DNA of 64,000 nt from a bacterium (GCA_965249615.1 CBDFMI010000006.1:444132-508131); one strand, 5' to 3'; positions 46,667 through 56,809 are shown, counted from the stretch's first letter. The notes: generated by a model from the sequence alone, not told the origin. Numbers and translations: made by a program.

Positions 46667-47692
46667 ATGCCACTGAGCTTTTTGCCCCGGCGGCTGGCCG
46701 GGGACATCGCCATCGACCTCGGTACCGCCAATACCCTCATCTACATCCCCGGGAGAGGGATCGTGTTGCAGCAACCCTCGGTCGTGGCCGTTGTCCAGGA
46801 CAATGGGGAGGTCCTCGCCGTGGGGGATGGGGCGAAGACCATGTGGGGCAAGACGCCGGACTCCATCACCATCATCCGGCCCATGAAAGATGGCGTCATC
46901 GCTGATTTTGAAGTCACCCGAACCATGATCCAGTACTTCATCCGCCAGGTCTATCAGGGCCGGCGCTACTTCAAGCCTCGAATGATGGTGTGCGTTCCCT
47001 CCGGGATCACCCAGGTGGAAAAACGCGCCGTGAAGGAGTCGGCCTTTCAGTCGGGGGCCCGAAGTGTCCATCTCATCGAGGAGCCCATGGCGGCCGCCAT
47101 CGGCAGCAAGCTGCCCGTCCACGAGGTGGGCGGGAACATGGTCGTCGACATCGGGGGTGGGACCACCGAGGTCGCCGTCATCTCCCGATATGCCACCGCC
47201 TACAGCGAGTCCATCCGAATCGCGGGGGACGAGATGGATGAGGCTATCCAGGCCCAGGTGAAGCGGGTTTACAGGCTTGCCATCGGCCCCTTTGAGGCCG
47301 AACGGGCCAAGATCGAGATCGGCTCCGCCGCCCCCCTGGACTCCCCGCTGACGACTGTCATCCGGGGCCGGGACATTGTGGAGGGGATCCCCAAGGCCAT
47401 CAATGTCGACGACACCATGATCCGTGAGGCCCTCAACGGCCCTGTGAAGGCCATTGTGGAGGCCATCCGGCGGGCCCTGGAGCGTTCCACGCCGGAGCAG
47501 GCCGCCGACATCACGCGAAAGGGCATCGTCCTGGCGGGTGGCGGATCGCTTCTGAAGGGCCTGGGAAAACGCCTGCACGAGGAGACGGGTCTTCGCATCT
47601 ATCGGGCCAAGGACCCCCTAACAGCCATCGTGCGAGGGACCGGGGAAGTCCTGGAAAACATGAAGATAATGCACAAGGTCTGCGTCACCTAG
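46667..47692 (+). CDS. mreB: Rod shape-determining protein MreB
   Basis: DIAIDLGTANTLIY, IRPMKDGVIADF, VVDIGGGTTEVAVIS and GIVLAGGGSLLKGL. The track ORF 45980-47692 is a spurious 5' extension. Confidence 0.95.
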   Translation: MPLSFLPRRLAGDIAIDLGTANTLIYIPGRGIVLQQPSVVAVVQDNGEVLAVGDGAKTMWGKTPDSITIIRPMKDGVIADFEVTRTMIQYFIRQVYQGRRYFKPRMMVCVPSGITQVEKRAVKESAFQSGARSVHLIEEPMAAAIGSKLPVHEVGGNMVVDIGGGTTEVAVISRYATAYSESIRIAGDEMDEAIQAQVKRVYRLAIGPFEAERAKIEIGSAAPLDSPLTTVIRGRDIVEGIPKAINVDDTMIREALNGPVKAIVEAIRRALERSTPEQAADITRKGIVLAGGGSLLKGLGKRLHEETGLRIYRAKDPLTAIVRGTGEVLENMKIMHKVCVT

Positions 47693-47723
47693 GGATTCCT
47701 GAAAGCAGGAACGGGAGCCTTTC

Positions 47724-48359
47724 ATGGGAGTTCTGGATTACGTCATTCTGGGCATCCTGGGGGCCAACGCCCTCTATGGTTTCCTCAGAGGGATGGTCCG
47801 GGAGGCCCTTTCGTTGGCGGTCTGGGTGGCGAGTTATATGGTGGCGGCCCGGGTTTACGGCTTCGGGGCAGCGTACCTGGGTCGGGTTGCCGGGGACCCC
47901 ATCCTGGCGGGCGGGATCAGCTTTACCACCGTCTTCCTCGTGACCACCCTTGTGATTGGGACACTGGTGGGGTTGATTTATCGACTGACCAGCCGAGGCT
48001 CTCCCTCTTTCCCCAGCCGGTTCATCGGATCTATCTTCGGTTTCGCCCGGGGGTTCCTCGTTGTCTCGGTCCTTCTCCTCTTCTCCAACACCTTCTCCGA
48101 ACGGGCCACCCAGGGAGACCTCCTGAACAGTTCTCCCCTGGCCCCCTATTTGGACATTATGACTGAGTCCATCTCCCTGGCTTTCCCCACCGCGAACCAT
48201 GGGTCTCTGGACAACCGGCTCACCCGGGAACTCAAAGACGTCCGAAAAAATCGAGGTGAGGGGCTCCTCGGAAACCTGGCGAAGGCTATGGAAAGCCGTC
48301 AGGACCCCGAGCGGCTTAAAGAAACTGTGAAGGATTTGTCCCTCGAGGAGCTACAATAG
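47724..48359 (+). CDS. cvpA: CvpA family membrane protein
   Basis: MGVLDYVILGILGANALYGFLRGMVRE, four TM helices and a soluble tail. Confidence 0.8.
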   Translation: MGVLDYVILGILGANALYGFLRGMVREALSLAVWVASYMVAARVYGFGAAYLGRVAGDPILAGGISFTTVFLVTTLVIGTLVGLIYRLTSRGSPSFPSRFIGSIFGFARGFLVVSVLLLFSNTFSERATQGDLLNSSPLAPYLDIMTESISLAFPTANHGSLDNRLTRELKDVRKNRGEGLLGNLAKAMESRQDPERLKETVKDLSLEELQ

Positions 48360-48390
48360 GGGGCCTCCTCTCTTCGAGGCCCAATCATTC

Positions 48391-49262
48391 TTGACCCCAC
48401 GCCATCGCTCACGGAGACCCCCCGCCTGGATCCAGGCCCTCGCCCACGACCGGGAGAGCGGCGCGACGGTCTTGGCCCAACGGGCGGCGAAGGGCCTTCT
48501 CAAAGCCCTCAAGAGGCATCAAGGCGACAGCGAGTTCATTGAAGAGATCGCTCGCCTCGGTAGGCAGCTTCAGTTGGCCCAACCGGCCATGGCACCCCTC
48601 TTTCACCTGGCGAACGCGGCCCTTCTCGGCGCCTCGGCAAAAAGGCCTGCTGAAGGGGCCACCCGGTCTGTCGCCAAATTCCTTAAATCCCTCGAGTGGG
48701 CCAAGGGCCAGCTTCTTCGGGTTGCCCTCCCCCTCATTCCGAGGGGGGGGCGTCTTCTGACTCATTCAGCCAGCAGCGCCGTTGAGGCCCTCCTTCGGGA
48801 GGTTGAAGGGGTCTCGGTCCTGTGCACCGAGTCCAGGCCGGGCCATGAGGGCCTGGGGCTTCACCGGCGGCTCTCGCGCGCAGGGGTGCACGTTCGCCTC
48901 GTCCCCGACCTGGCGGCCTTTGAAGCTTTTAAAGAGATGGATCTCTTTCTCGTTGGTGCGGACGCCCTCACGCCCCGGGGCCTGATTCACAAGATAGGGA
49001 CGGCTCCCCTGGCGCGATGGGCGAGAGAGCATGGGGTCCCGGTCTTCACGCTGTGCACGACCCAAAAATTTCTGCCCGAGCGGATGCTGCCAGCCCCGCC
49101 TTTGAGAGTGAGGGGCTCTTTGACCGGACGCCTTGGCGGCATTTGACCTGCGTCGTTACAGAGCGAGGCCCCATGGGGAGAAAGGAGGTGCTTCAAGCGA
49201 TCGCTTCCATCCAGATTGCTCGTGCCTGGAAGACCCTCGCTCGTGAGGAGAGAGAGGGCTGA
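48391..49262 (+). pseudogene. eIF-2B alpha/beta/delta-like (ribose-1,5-bisphosphate / MTR-1-P isomerase-related) protein with apparent frameshift
   Basis: The body is in the frame of 48391-49146 (LLTHSASSAV...CTESRPGHEG...LFLVGADAL...). The family-typical C-terminus LFDRTPWRHLTCVVTERG is in the frame of 49017-49262. The switch lies between about 49060 and 49100. Confidence 0.6.
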
Positions 49263-49384
49263 GGGTTGAGTGCTGTCCGATGCGCCTGACCCCATCGGGG
49301 TGGCTCCGAAGGGAGGGCCTGCGGTATACTCCCCGCGATTTTCTTAAAAATTAAAAATTCTTCTTTCAAGGAGGAAGGAGGTTC

Positions 49385-50506
49385 ATGCGCATTCTAGTGA
49401 CAGGGGGGGCCGGATTTATCGGCTCCTTCCTGGTGGATGAGCTCATCGGGCGCGGCCATGAGGTCAGAGTGTTCGACGCCCTCCTTCCCCAGGTCCACGG
49501 AGATGGGGGCCGACCCGCCTATCTCAATCCAAAGGCCGAGCTCGTTCACGGTGATGTCCGAGACCGGGAGGCCCTTGGCGCCGCCCTGGAGGGGGTGGAA
49601 TGGGTCTACCACAAGGCGGGGGCGGTGGGGGTTGGGCAGTCCCAGTACGAGATCAAGCATTATGTGGATGTCAATATCGGTGGGACTGCGAACCTCCTGG
49701 ATCTCCTGGTGAGTTCAACGAATCAAGTCCGGGGGCTGGTGGTGGCCGCCTCCATGAGCAGCTACGGGGAGGGGAGCTACCGCTGCGAGGGGCAAAAATC
49801 GTGCGGAGTCATCCGCCCCCCCCTTCGGACGCTTGAGCAGATGGCCAAGAGGGAGTGGGAACCCCTCTGTCCCCATTGTGGTGCTCACCTTCACCCCATC
49901 CCGACCGATGAGGAGGCCGCCTTTCACCCCAACTCCGTCTACGCCATCACGAAGCAGGTCCAGGAGGACCTCGTCGTGAATTTCGGAAGGACCTACGCCC
50001 TTCCGGTCGCCTCCTTTCGGTACTTCAACGTCTACGGGCCCCGCCAGTCTCTCTCCAATCCTTACACCGGGGTGGCCGCCATCTTCCTCAGCCGCTTGAA
50101 GAACGACCAGCCTCCGGTGATCTACGAGGACGGCCGCCAGACCCGGGATTTTGTCTCCGTCCATGACGTGGTTCAGGCCAATCTGAGGGCGCTGGAGCAG
50201 GACTGGAAGGGTCCCCTGGTGCTGAACATCGGAAGCGGTGAGCCCCGGAAAATCTCGGGCATCGCCGAGACCCTCGCCCAAGTGCTCGGAAAAGAAATAG
50301 CGCCCGATGTGACCCAGACCCCCAGGAAGGGTGATGTCCGCCACTGTTTTGCCGATATCAGCCGGGCCCAAAAAGCCCTCGATTTTGTCCCTCAAGTGGA
50401 TTTTGAGACGGGGATGCGAGAGCTTATTGAGTGGTCGAGGGAGGTTGAGGCGGAAGACCGGTTCGACCAGGCCGCGGGGGAACTGAAAGCCCGGGGGCTC
50501 CTATGA
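49385..50506 (+). CDS. NAD-dependent epimerase/dehydratase (extended SDR) with Cys-containing insertion
   Basis: ILVTGGAGFIGS and YAITK catalytic motif. It has an insertion ...YRCEGQKSCG...PLCPHCG.... Confidence 0.85.
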   Translation: MRILVTGGAGFIGSFLVDELIGRGHEVRVFDALLPQVHGDGGRPAYLNPKAELVHGDVRDREALGAALEGVEWVYHKAGAVGVGQSQYEIKHYVDVNIGGTANLLDLLVSSTNQVRGLVVAASMSSYGEGSYRCEGQKSCGVIRPPLRTLEQMAKREWEPLCPHCGAHLHPIPTDEEAAFHPNSVYAITKQVQEDLVVNFGRTYALPVASFRYFNVYGPRQSLSNPYTGVAAIFLSRLKNDQPPVIYEDGRQTRDFVSVHDVVQANLRALEQDWKGPLVLNIGSGEPRKISGIAETLAQVLGKEIAPDVTQTPRKGDVRHCFADISRAQKALDFVPQVDFETGMRELIEWSREVEAEDRFDQAAGELKARGLL

Positions 50507-50524
50507 GGTCTGCCTGACGAAAAG

Positions 50525-51976
50525 CTAGCGGCGGGATCGGCGTCGGCGACGGAGGGTCTGAAGCTTTAGAAGATTAGTAGGACCCCGTTCTGAGAGGGGA
50601 GACCCGCTCAGGATGGCGATGACGTCGCCCTCTTTGGCCTGCTTGTGTCGCAGGAGTCGCTCCTCCACCTGCTCGAAGACCTTTTCGGTGTGATCGCCCA
50701 GGGGCAAGAACTGGGGAGTCACCCCCCAATAGAGGGCCATCCGCTCGAGGATGCGATCATCATGCGTATAGGCCAGGATGGGCACTGCCGGCCGGTTCCT
50801 TGCGACGAAGCGCGCGGTAAGCCCTGACTGTGTAAAGGCGACGATGGCCCGGGCCTTGAGGGCCTGCACGGCATCACAAGCGGCCCGCGTCACCACACTG
50901 GCCGGGGTGACCGCTCCCTCAGGAGCGACGTCCCGCTTCCGTGCAGCGGTCTCAGCCTCCATGATGATCCGGGATATCATCTCTACGGTGTGGACAGGGT
51001 AACGACCGATGGCGGTCTCCCCGGAGAGCATGACAGCGTCCGTCCCATCCAGGATGGCATTGGCCACGTCAGAGGCCTCAGCCCGGGTCGGGCGTGGGTT
51101 TGAGATCATAGAGAAGAGCATTTGGGTGGCCGTGATAACGGGGAGAGCCCTCGCGTTGGCGGCCCGGATGATCTGCTTTTGGACGATGGGCACCTTCTCC
51201 GGGGGCATCTCAACCCCTAGGTCCCCGCGGGCCACCATGACGCCGTCGGCCGCCTCCAAGATGGCCTCCAGGTGCGAGATGGCCTGGGGTTTCTCCAGCT
51301 TGGCGATGAGGGGAATCTTTGACTTTCGGCGGGCGAGGATCCTTCTTGCCGCCTCCAGGTCCGAAGCCCCCCGCACAAAGGACAGGGCGATATAGTCCAC
51401 TTTCTGGCGGATGCCGAATTCAAGGGCCTCACGGTCTTTTCGGGTGAGCGTGGGGACGTTCACTGCGGAGGCCGGGAGGTTGATCCCCTTGTGGTCTCGA
51501 AGGATCCCTCCCTGGTCGATTCGACACCGGACGTCACCTCCGACCACCTTCTTCACCGTCATCTGAATGAGGCCGTCGTCTATCAGAATGAGGTCTCCCG
51601 GGCGCACATCTTTCGCAAGGAGAGGATGGGTGGTGGAGACTCGCTCGGCCGTCCCCAGGATGGGGCGCGGCGTGAGGACGATCTCTCTGCCCCTGATCAA
51701 TTCGACCGCCCCCTCCCGGATGCGGCGGGTGCGGACCTTGGGGCCGGGAAGGTCCTGCAGGATGGCGATAGGTTTTTGGCATTTCTTAGAGGCGGCCCGA
51801 ACCCGTCGGATGGTCTCGGTGTGCTCGGCGAAAGCCCCGTGGGAAAAATTCACTCGTGCGACGTCCATCCCCGCCAGGATGAGCCGATGGATCATCTCCT
51901 TAGAGTGGCTGGCAGGACCGAGTGTGCACACGATCTTGGCGCGCCGGCGGGTTTTGGAATTTCCTGCTGTCTTCAA
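50525..51976 (-). CDS. pyk: Pyruvate kinase
   Basis: KIVCTLGPAS, ARVNFSHG, IIAKLEKPQA and MVARGDLGVE motifs. Confidence 0.95.
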   Translation of the reverse strand: MKTAGNSKTRRRAKIVCTLGPASHSKEMIHRLILAGMDVARVNFSHGAFAEHTETIRRVRAASKKCQKPIAILQDLPGPKVRTRRIREGAVELIRGREIVLTPRPILGTAERVSTTHPLLAKDVRPGDLILIDDGLIQMTVKKVVGGDVRCRIDQGGILRDHKGINLPASAVNVPTLTRKDREALEFGIRQKVDYIALSFVRGASDLEAARRILARRKSKIPLIAKLEKPQAISHLEAILEAADGVMVARGDLGVEMPPEKVPIVQKQIIRAANARALPVITATQMLFSMISNPRPTRAEASDVANAILDGTDAVMLSGETAIGRYPVHTVEMISRIIMEAETAARKRDVAPEGAVTPASVVTRAACDAVQALKARAIVAFTQSGLTARFVARNRPAVPILAYTHDDRILERMALYWGVTPQFLPLGDHTEKVFEQVEERLLRHKQAKEGDVIAILSGSPLSERGPTNLLKLQTLRRRRRSRR

Positions 51977-52026
51977 TGATTTCCTCCGAAGGTCGGATTC
52001 ACCGCACAGGGCGAGGATAGCATAGG

Positions 52027-53285
52027 GTGGATGATCCGGGAAAACCCAGACGGGCTCAGGCGAAGCCCCCCGGGCGGTTTTTCGACGCGAAAAAGGCCCT
52101 CCCTCACGCCCATCAGATCGCTTCCCCTCGCTTGGTCGGGACGGAGGGAGAGGGGGCCGCCGCGGCCTATCTTCGGCGCACTCTCCTTGAGGCCGGGTGG
52201 CAAGTGAGGGAAGAGGCCTTTGGCCTGGGGACGACGGGCTCGGCCTTCACCTCGTGGGCGCTGGGGGGCTCCAGTCTCCTCTGTCTCGCAGCCAGGGTTT
52301 TCAGCCCCGCCCGCCCCTGGGCTTCAGCCGCCCTGGTGACCGCCTTGGGCTTTTTTGCATTGAAGGCGGGTTCTTTGTGGAGGTCCTTCGCTCGAAGGCA
52401 AGCCCTTCGCGAAGCGCCCAAGGGTCGGGGGTCGAAGAACCTAGTGGCGGAAATGGGGACGAGGGAGAAGGAAGCTCCCCGGCTCATTCTCATGGCCCAC
52501 TACGACTCGAAGGGAACAAGCCAATACCTCACGCATACGAGCCAATCCCTCACGCAACGGCTCCTCCTCTTTCTCACTCTTTCTGCCAGCTTCTTCGCCC
52601 TGTCGGTTTTTTATGTTCTCTCGGCGGTCTCCCTTATCGAGCCTGGTGGCTTGGGTGTGAACCTCCTGACGGCACTCGCACTTCTCCTCACTCTCATCCT
52701 GGCGACCGCTCGGACGGATAATTTATCGCCCGGGGGGTTGGACAACGCCTCCGGGGCCGGAGTTGTCCTCGCCCTGGCCGAGACCCTGGCCTCCAGTCCC
52801 ACCCGGGGTCTTTAGGTGGTTTTGGCCTTGACCGGTGCGGAGGAGTTGGGCCTGTGCGGGGCTTATGCCCTCCTTCGCCAACAGAGACACGAGTGGGACC
52901 CTGGAGAGACCGCTGTTATCAACATCGATACAGTGGGGATTCCGCAAAAACTTCGCCTTTTCGGAGGACCGGGGAAGAGATGGGGGGACCGGGCAAGCAC
53001 GCTCCAGGAGCTCCTTCAAGACGCGGCCCACCAAGAGGGGGTTTCTCTCCGGCGGTTCAGCCTCCTTGGCAGTCTTTTGATGGATCATGTCCCTTTCTCC
53101 GATGCGGCTACCCGGCGGTCGACTTCTCCGTCGTGGCCCGGGCGATTGGTCATGCTCACACACGGAGAGATTCTCCCGATTTGATTGAGGAGGAAGGGCT
53201 TGACGAGGTGGGCCGCGTTATTCTCAGGGCCATTTCGCTCATCGAGGAGACGGCCACAGCCACCTCATCGGCTGACGGGCGTTGA
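52027..53285 (+). pseudogene. M28-family metallopeptidase with TM insertion, interrupted by in-frame TAG (52813-52815) and a frameshift near 53098-53112
   Basis: MAHYDSKG, GGLDNASGAGVVLALAE, then TAG, then LTGAEELGLCGAY in the same frame. MDHVPFSDA is followed by GYPAVDFS...HAHTRRDSPDLI in another frame (track ORF 52854-53285). Confidence 0.6.
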
Positions 53286-53347
53286 CTTTCAAGGTCGTAG
53301 TTGGTAGCTTTTATAGGGGTTAGTGAACCTTTTAGGGTCGGTGGATC

Positions 53348-54079
53348 GTGCTTTTTTCCGTTAATCTCGGACAAGATAGCAGCGGTATATGGGGACTTGT
53401 CCTCAGTGCTGGGCCGATGGTCCAGTTCGTCCTTCTCATCCTTCTGGCTTTCTCCGTAGTCTCCTGGGCCATCATCTTTTTAAAGTATCGTCTCATCGGG
53501 AGGGCCCAGACGCAGTCAGAGGGCTTCCTTCAGGCCTTTTGGAGCAACAAGAACCTGGATTCCCTCTATGAGATTTCGTCCGGCCTCCTGGAGAGTCCTC
53601 TGGCTAAAGTGTTTCGGGCGGGCTACCGGGAATTTTCCCGGGTCAACCAGGCAGTCTCCGGCGAATCTGGCGAATCGCAGGAGAACTCCATCGCCGTGGC
53701 GACAGAGCTCTCCGGCGTTGACAATATTCGCCGGGCCCTCGTGAGGGCGCGGAGCCTGGAGTCGAACCGGCTGGAGCGGTCCCTCATCTTTCTCGCCACG
53801 ACGGGGAGCACGGCCCCCTTCGTCGGTCTCTTTGGGACGGTGTGGGGGATCATGAATGCCTTTCGGGGGATCGGTCGCACTGGGGCGGCGAGTCTGGCCG
53901 TGGTGGCCCCAGGGATCAGCGAGGCCTTGATCGCCACGGCCGCTGGCCTGGCGGCGGCCATCCCGGCGGTGGTGGCCTACAACTACTATGTGAATCGCAC
54001 CAGGGCCCTTGGGGAGGAGATGGAGAACTTTTCGTCCGAGTTCCTGAACCTGGTCGAGCGCTACTATTTACGGAGGTGA
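53348..54079 (+). CDS. tolQ: Tol-Pal system protein TolQ (MotA/TolQ/ExbB family)
   Basis: Three TM helices and TAPFVGLFGTVWGIMNAF motif. First gene of the tol-pal cluster. Confidence 0.85.
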   Translation: MLFSVNLGQDSSGIWGLVLSAGPMVQFVLLILLAFSVVSWAIIFLKYRLIGRAQTQSEGFLQAFWSNKNLDSLYEISSGLLESPLAKVFRAGYREFSRVNQAVSGESGESQENSIAVATELSGVDNIRRALVRARSLESNRLERSLIFLATTGSTAPFVGLFGTVWGIMNAFRGIGRTGAASLAVVAPGISEALIATAAGLAAAIPAVVAYNYYVNRTRALGEEMENFSSEFLNLVERYYLRR

Positions 54080-54085
54080 GGCCTC

Positions 54086-54502
54086 TTGGCCCTCGATTCC
54101 AAACAGGGAAGCGCACTCCACGAGATCAACATGATACCCCTCGTGGACGTCATGCTGGTTCTCCTGATCATCTTTATGGTCACAGCCCCTCTCCTTCAGC
54201 AGGGGGTGGACGTGAGTCTTCCCGCTGTGAACGCCCCTGAGCTTCCCCTCCAGGAAGATCAGTTCGTGGTGACCATTACAAAGGAGCGAAAGGTCTACCT
54301 CAACCGGGCTCCGCTCACCCTCTCCCAGCTCGGGGCCAAGCTTCAGGCCCTCTATCAGGATCGATCCAGAAAAGAGGTCTTTCTCAGGTCCGATAAGGAT
54401 GTCCCCTACGGTTTCGTCGTCGAGGTGATGGGGCTGATCCGAAAGAGCGGGATCGGGCGGGTCGGCATGGTGACCGAAGCGACGACCGTAACTGAGCCAT
54501 GA
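54086..54502 (+). CDS. tolR: Tol-Pal system protein TolR (ExbD family)
   Basis: INMIPLVDVMLVLLIIFMV anchor carrying the conserved Asp. Confidence 0.85.
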   Translation: MALDSKQGSALHEINMIPLVDVMLVLLIIFMVTAPLLQQGVDVSLPAVNAPELPLQEDQFVVTITKERKVYLNRAPLTLSQLGAKLQALYQDRSRKEVFLRSDKDVPYGFVVEVMGLIRKSGIGRVGMVTEATTVTEP

Positions 54503-55335
54503 ATTCTATAGAGATCTCCTCGCGCCAGGCTGGATGGGCCCCCGTGGTAGTCGTCTCAGTGCTGGTTCATGCGGCTATTCTGGGGGGGATCTTGACCCTG
54601 AGCCCATCGTCGGACAAACCCCGGAATTTCTACGCGCCGGCCATGACCGTGAATCTCGTTGGGCCGGGGCCTGCCAGGCCCGCTGCACCGTCCTCCCCTA
54701 GAAAGGTTGAGGCGGCACCGAGGCCTGCCCCTAAGGTGGAACCCAAGAGGACACCTCCACCGAAAGAGACACCAGCGGTTAAGGCGACGCCTGCGCCCAA
54801 GGTGAAAGCTGTGCCCAAGGTGGTGCCCGCACCCAAGCCGAAGCCCCCGGCTGAGGCGAAGGTGGTCGAGCCTACGAAGCCTAAGGAGGAACCTCCTGCC
54901 AAGCAGGAGAGTGTCCCCGAGCCCGAGGAGGCTGAGGTGAAGGCCGGCCTGGAAGAGATCCGGGAGCGGCTTGCCAAGGCGCGGGCCGGAGAGGGAGTAG
55001 AGGGTCCCGGAGGCCCACCCAAGGGGGGTGTCTCCTCGGTCGCCCTGGACCTTCGCCACAGGGCTTATTACAATCAGGTTTGGCAAATCCTCGAGGAGGC
55101 CTGGGTCCTGCCGGGTTCCGCTCGTGCAGAGACCCTTCAGGCGGTTGTCTCCATCGGGCTCGATCCGGCAGGGAAAATTATCGAAGTCAAATTTGAGCGT
55201 CGTTCAGGGAATCGTTATTTCGACGAGTCTGTGGAGCGGGCCCTGGCCAAGGTCGCTCAGTTTCCCACTCCCCCTGAGGCCGCTTCGGGTAGCATCTTTC
55301 GTGTAGGATTGCGCTTCATGCCGAGGGTTCAGTGA
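54499..55335 (+). CDS. tolA: TolA / TonB-family energy transducer
   Basis: N-terminal anchor, a Pro/Lys/Ala-rich linker and a C-terminal TonB-like domain. ATGA overlap with tolR. Confidence 0.7.
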   Translation: MNSIEISSRQAGWAPVVVVSVLVHAAILGGILTLSPSSDKPRNFYAPAMTVNLVGPGPARPAAPSSPRKVEAAPRPAPKVEPKRTPPPKETPAVKATPAPKVKAVPKVVPAPKPKPPAEAKVVEPTKPKEEPPAKQESVPEPEEAEVKAGLEEIRERLAKARAGEGVEGPGGPPKGGVSSVALDLRHRAYYNQVWQILEEAWVLPGSARAETLQAVVSIGLDPAGKIIEVKFERRSGNRYFDESVERALAKVAQFPTPPEAASGSIFRVGLRFMPRVQ

Positions 55336-55384
55336 ATCACATCTCCAGACCCTCGGCTTAATTTCAGACGAAGGGCCAACAGGA

Positions 55385-56707
55385 ATGAAGAATCTCAAAA
55401 TATCCAAGTGGACCCTTTGCCTTGCGGTAGGGGTCTTGCTTGTTTTCGCGGCGGTCCCCTCTCATTCCCAGCCCAAGGTCTATCTGGACATCGGCCCCGG
55501 GGGGGGCAGACAGTTGCCCATCGCCATTCCCCCCTTTAAAAACCTCACCCCCGAGAGTGGAGATGAGGCCCTGGGCTGGAAGCTCGGACAGGTCCTTGCG
55601 GACGACCTCGGGGTCACAGGCCTCTTTCGGATCCTTGATCCGGTCACCTTTCTTGAGGATCCCCTTCAGGGGGGGCTGGAACCCGAGGACATCGACTTTC
55701 GGGATTGGACGGCCATTGGGGCGGAGGCCCTGATTAAGGGGGGATTCCGGGTCGAGGGGGAACAGCTAGAGATAGAGGCCAGGCTCTTTGTGGTGGTCCA
55801 GGGGGCCATGGCGGTCGGAAAAAAGTACACCGTCAAGCTCGACGACTATCGCCAGGTCTCCCACAACTTCGCCAATGAGGTGCTGAAAAGCCTGTCCGGC
55901 GAGTCCGGGATCTTCGACACGCAGATCGCCTTTATCTCGTCCCGCCGGGGAAACAAAGAGATCTTTGTGATGGACTACGACGGTTTTAACGTGAGGCAGC
56001 TGACGCGAAACGGCTCGACCAACCTCAAGCCCGCTTGGTCGCCGGATGGGGCGAGACTCTCCTTCACTTCTTTTCAGCAAGGACAGCCGAGTCTCTACAT
56101 GCTGGAGCTGGCCCAGGCCAAGGTGCAGTCCTTTGGCCTCTCGGCTGAGGTGGCAACCGGCGGCGTCTGGTCGCCGGACGGCTCTCTCATGACAGCCGTC
56201 CTCAGCCGTGCTGGAAACGCAGATCTCTATCTTCTTGACCCCGACGGCCAGATCCTTCGCCGGCTCACCGATCACTTCGCTATTGACGTAGACCCGGCCT
56301 GGTCGCCCGACGGAGAATCCATCGCCTTCACTTCCAACCGTTCGGGCTCCCCCCAGGTCCACCTCATGAAGGTCTCGGGCCAAGAGGTCCAGAGGCTCAC
56401 CTTTGAAGGCAATTACAATTCGGGACCCGCCTGGTCTCCGCGGGGAGACCAGATCGTCTTCTCCAGCCTGGCGAATGGACGTTTTGACATCTTCCTCATC
56501 CATCCCGATGGCAGCGGTCTGCTCCAGCTGACCCGAAATGCTGGCGACAATACGGACCCTGTCTGGTCTCCCGACGGGCGCCTTATCGCTTTTACCTCGA
56601 CTCGGAGCGGGAGAGAGGCCATCTACGTCATGAACACCGTGGGCCAGTTTGTCCGCCGCCTTCAGCCCGGGGAGACGCCCGCCTGGTCCCCTCGAAAAAA
56701 GAGATGA
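55385..56707 (+). CDS. tolB: Tol-Pal system beta-propeller protein TolB
   Basis: Signal peptide followed by repeated P(A/V)WSPDG blades. Confidence 0.9.
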   Translation: MKNLKISKWTLCLAVGVLLVFAAVPSHSQPKVYLDIGPGGGRQLPIAIPPFKNLTPESGDEALGWKLGQVLADDLGVTGLFRILDPVTFLEDPLQGGLEPEDIDFRDWTAIGAEALIKGGFRVEGEQLEIEARLFVVVQGAMAVGKKYTVKLDDYRQVSHNFANEVLKSLSGESGIFDTQIAFISSRRGNKEIFVMDYDGFNVRQLTRNGSTNLKPAWSPDGARLSFTSFQQGQPSLYMLELAQAKVQSFGLSAEVATGGVWSPDGSLMTAVLSRAGNADLYLLDPDGQILRRLTDHFAIDVDPAWSPDGESIAFTSNRSGSPQVHLMKVSGQEVQRLTFEGNYNSGPAWSPRGDQIVFSSLANGRFDIFLIHPDGSGLLQLTRNAGDNTDPVWSPDGRLIAFTSTRSGREAIYVMNTVGQFVRRLQPGETPAWSPRKKR

Positions 56708-56809
56708 ACATGGAGGGCCGAATAGGATATATTGGGGCGCACCTTTTTTAGGCGATAGATTCGCTGCGGGGGCCTCGAGGGGGTCTTGTGAGAAAGAGGA
56801 GGAAGATAG

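Noticed and set aside
52813-52815. In-frame TAG as pyrrolysine
   Set aside because: No pyl genes are in the window. The same gene also carries a frameshift, and the interrupted position is not a catalytic site. A pseudogene or sequencing error is far more likely.
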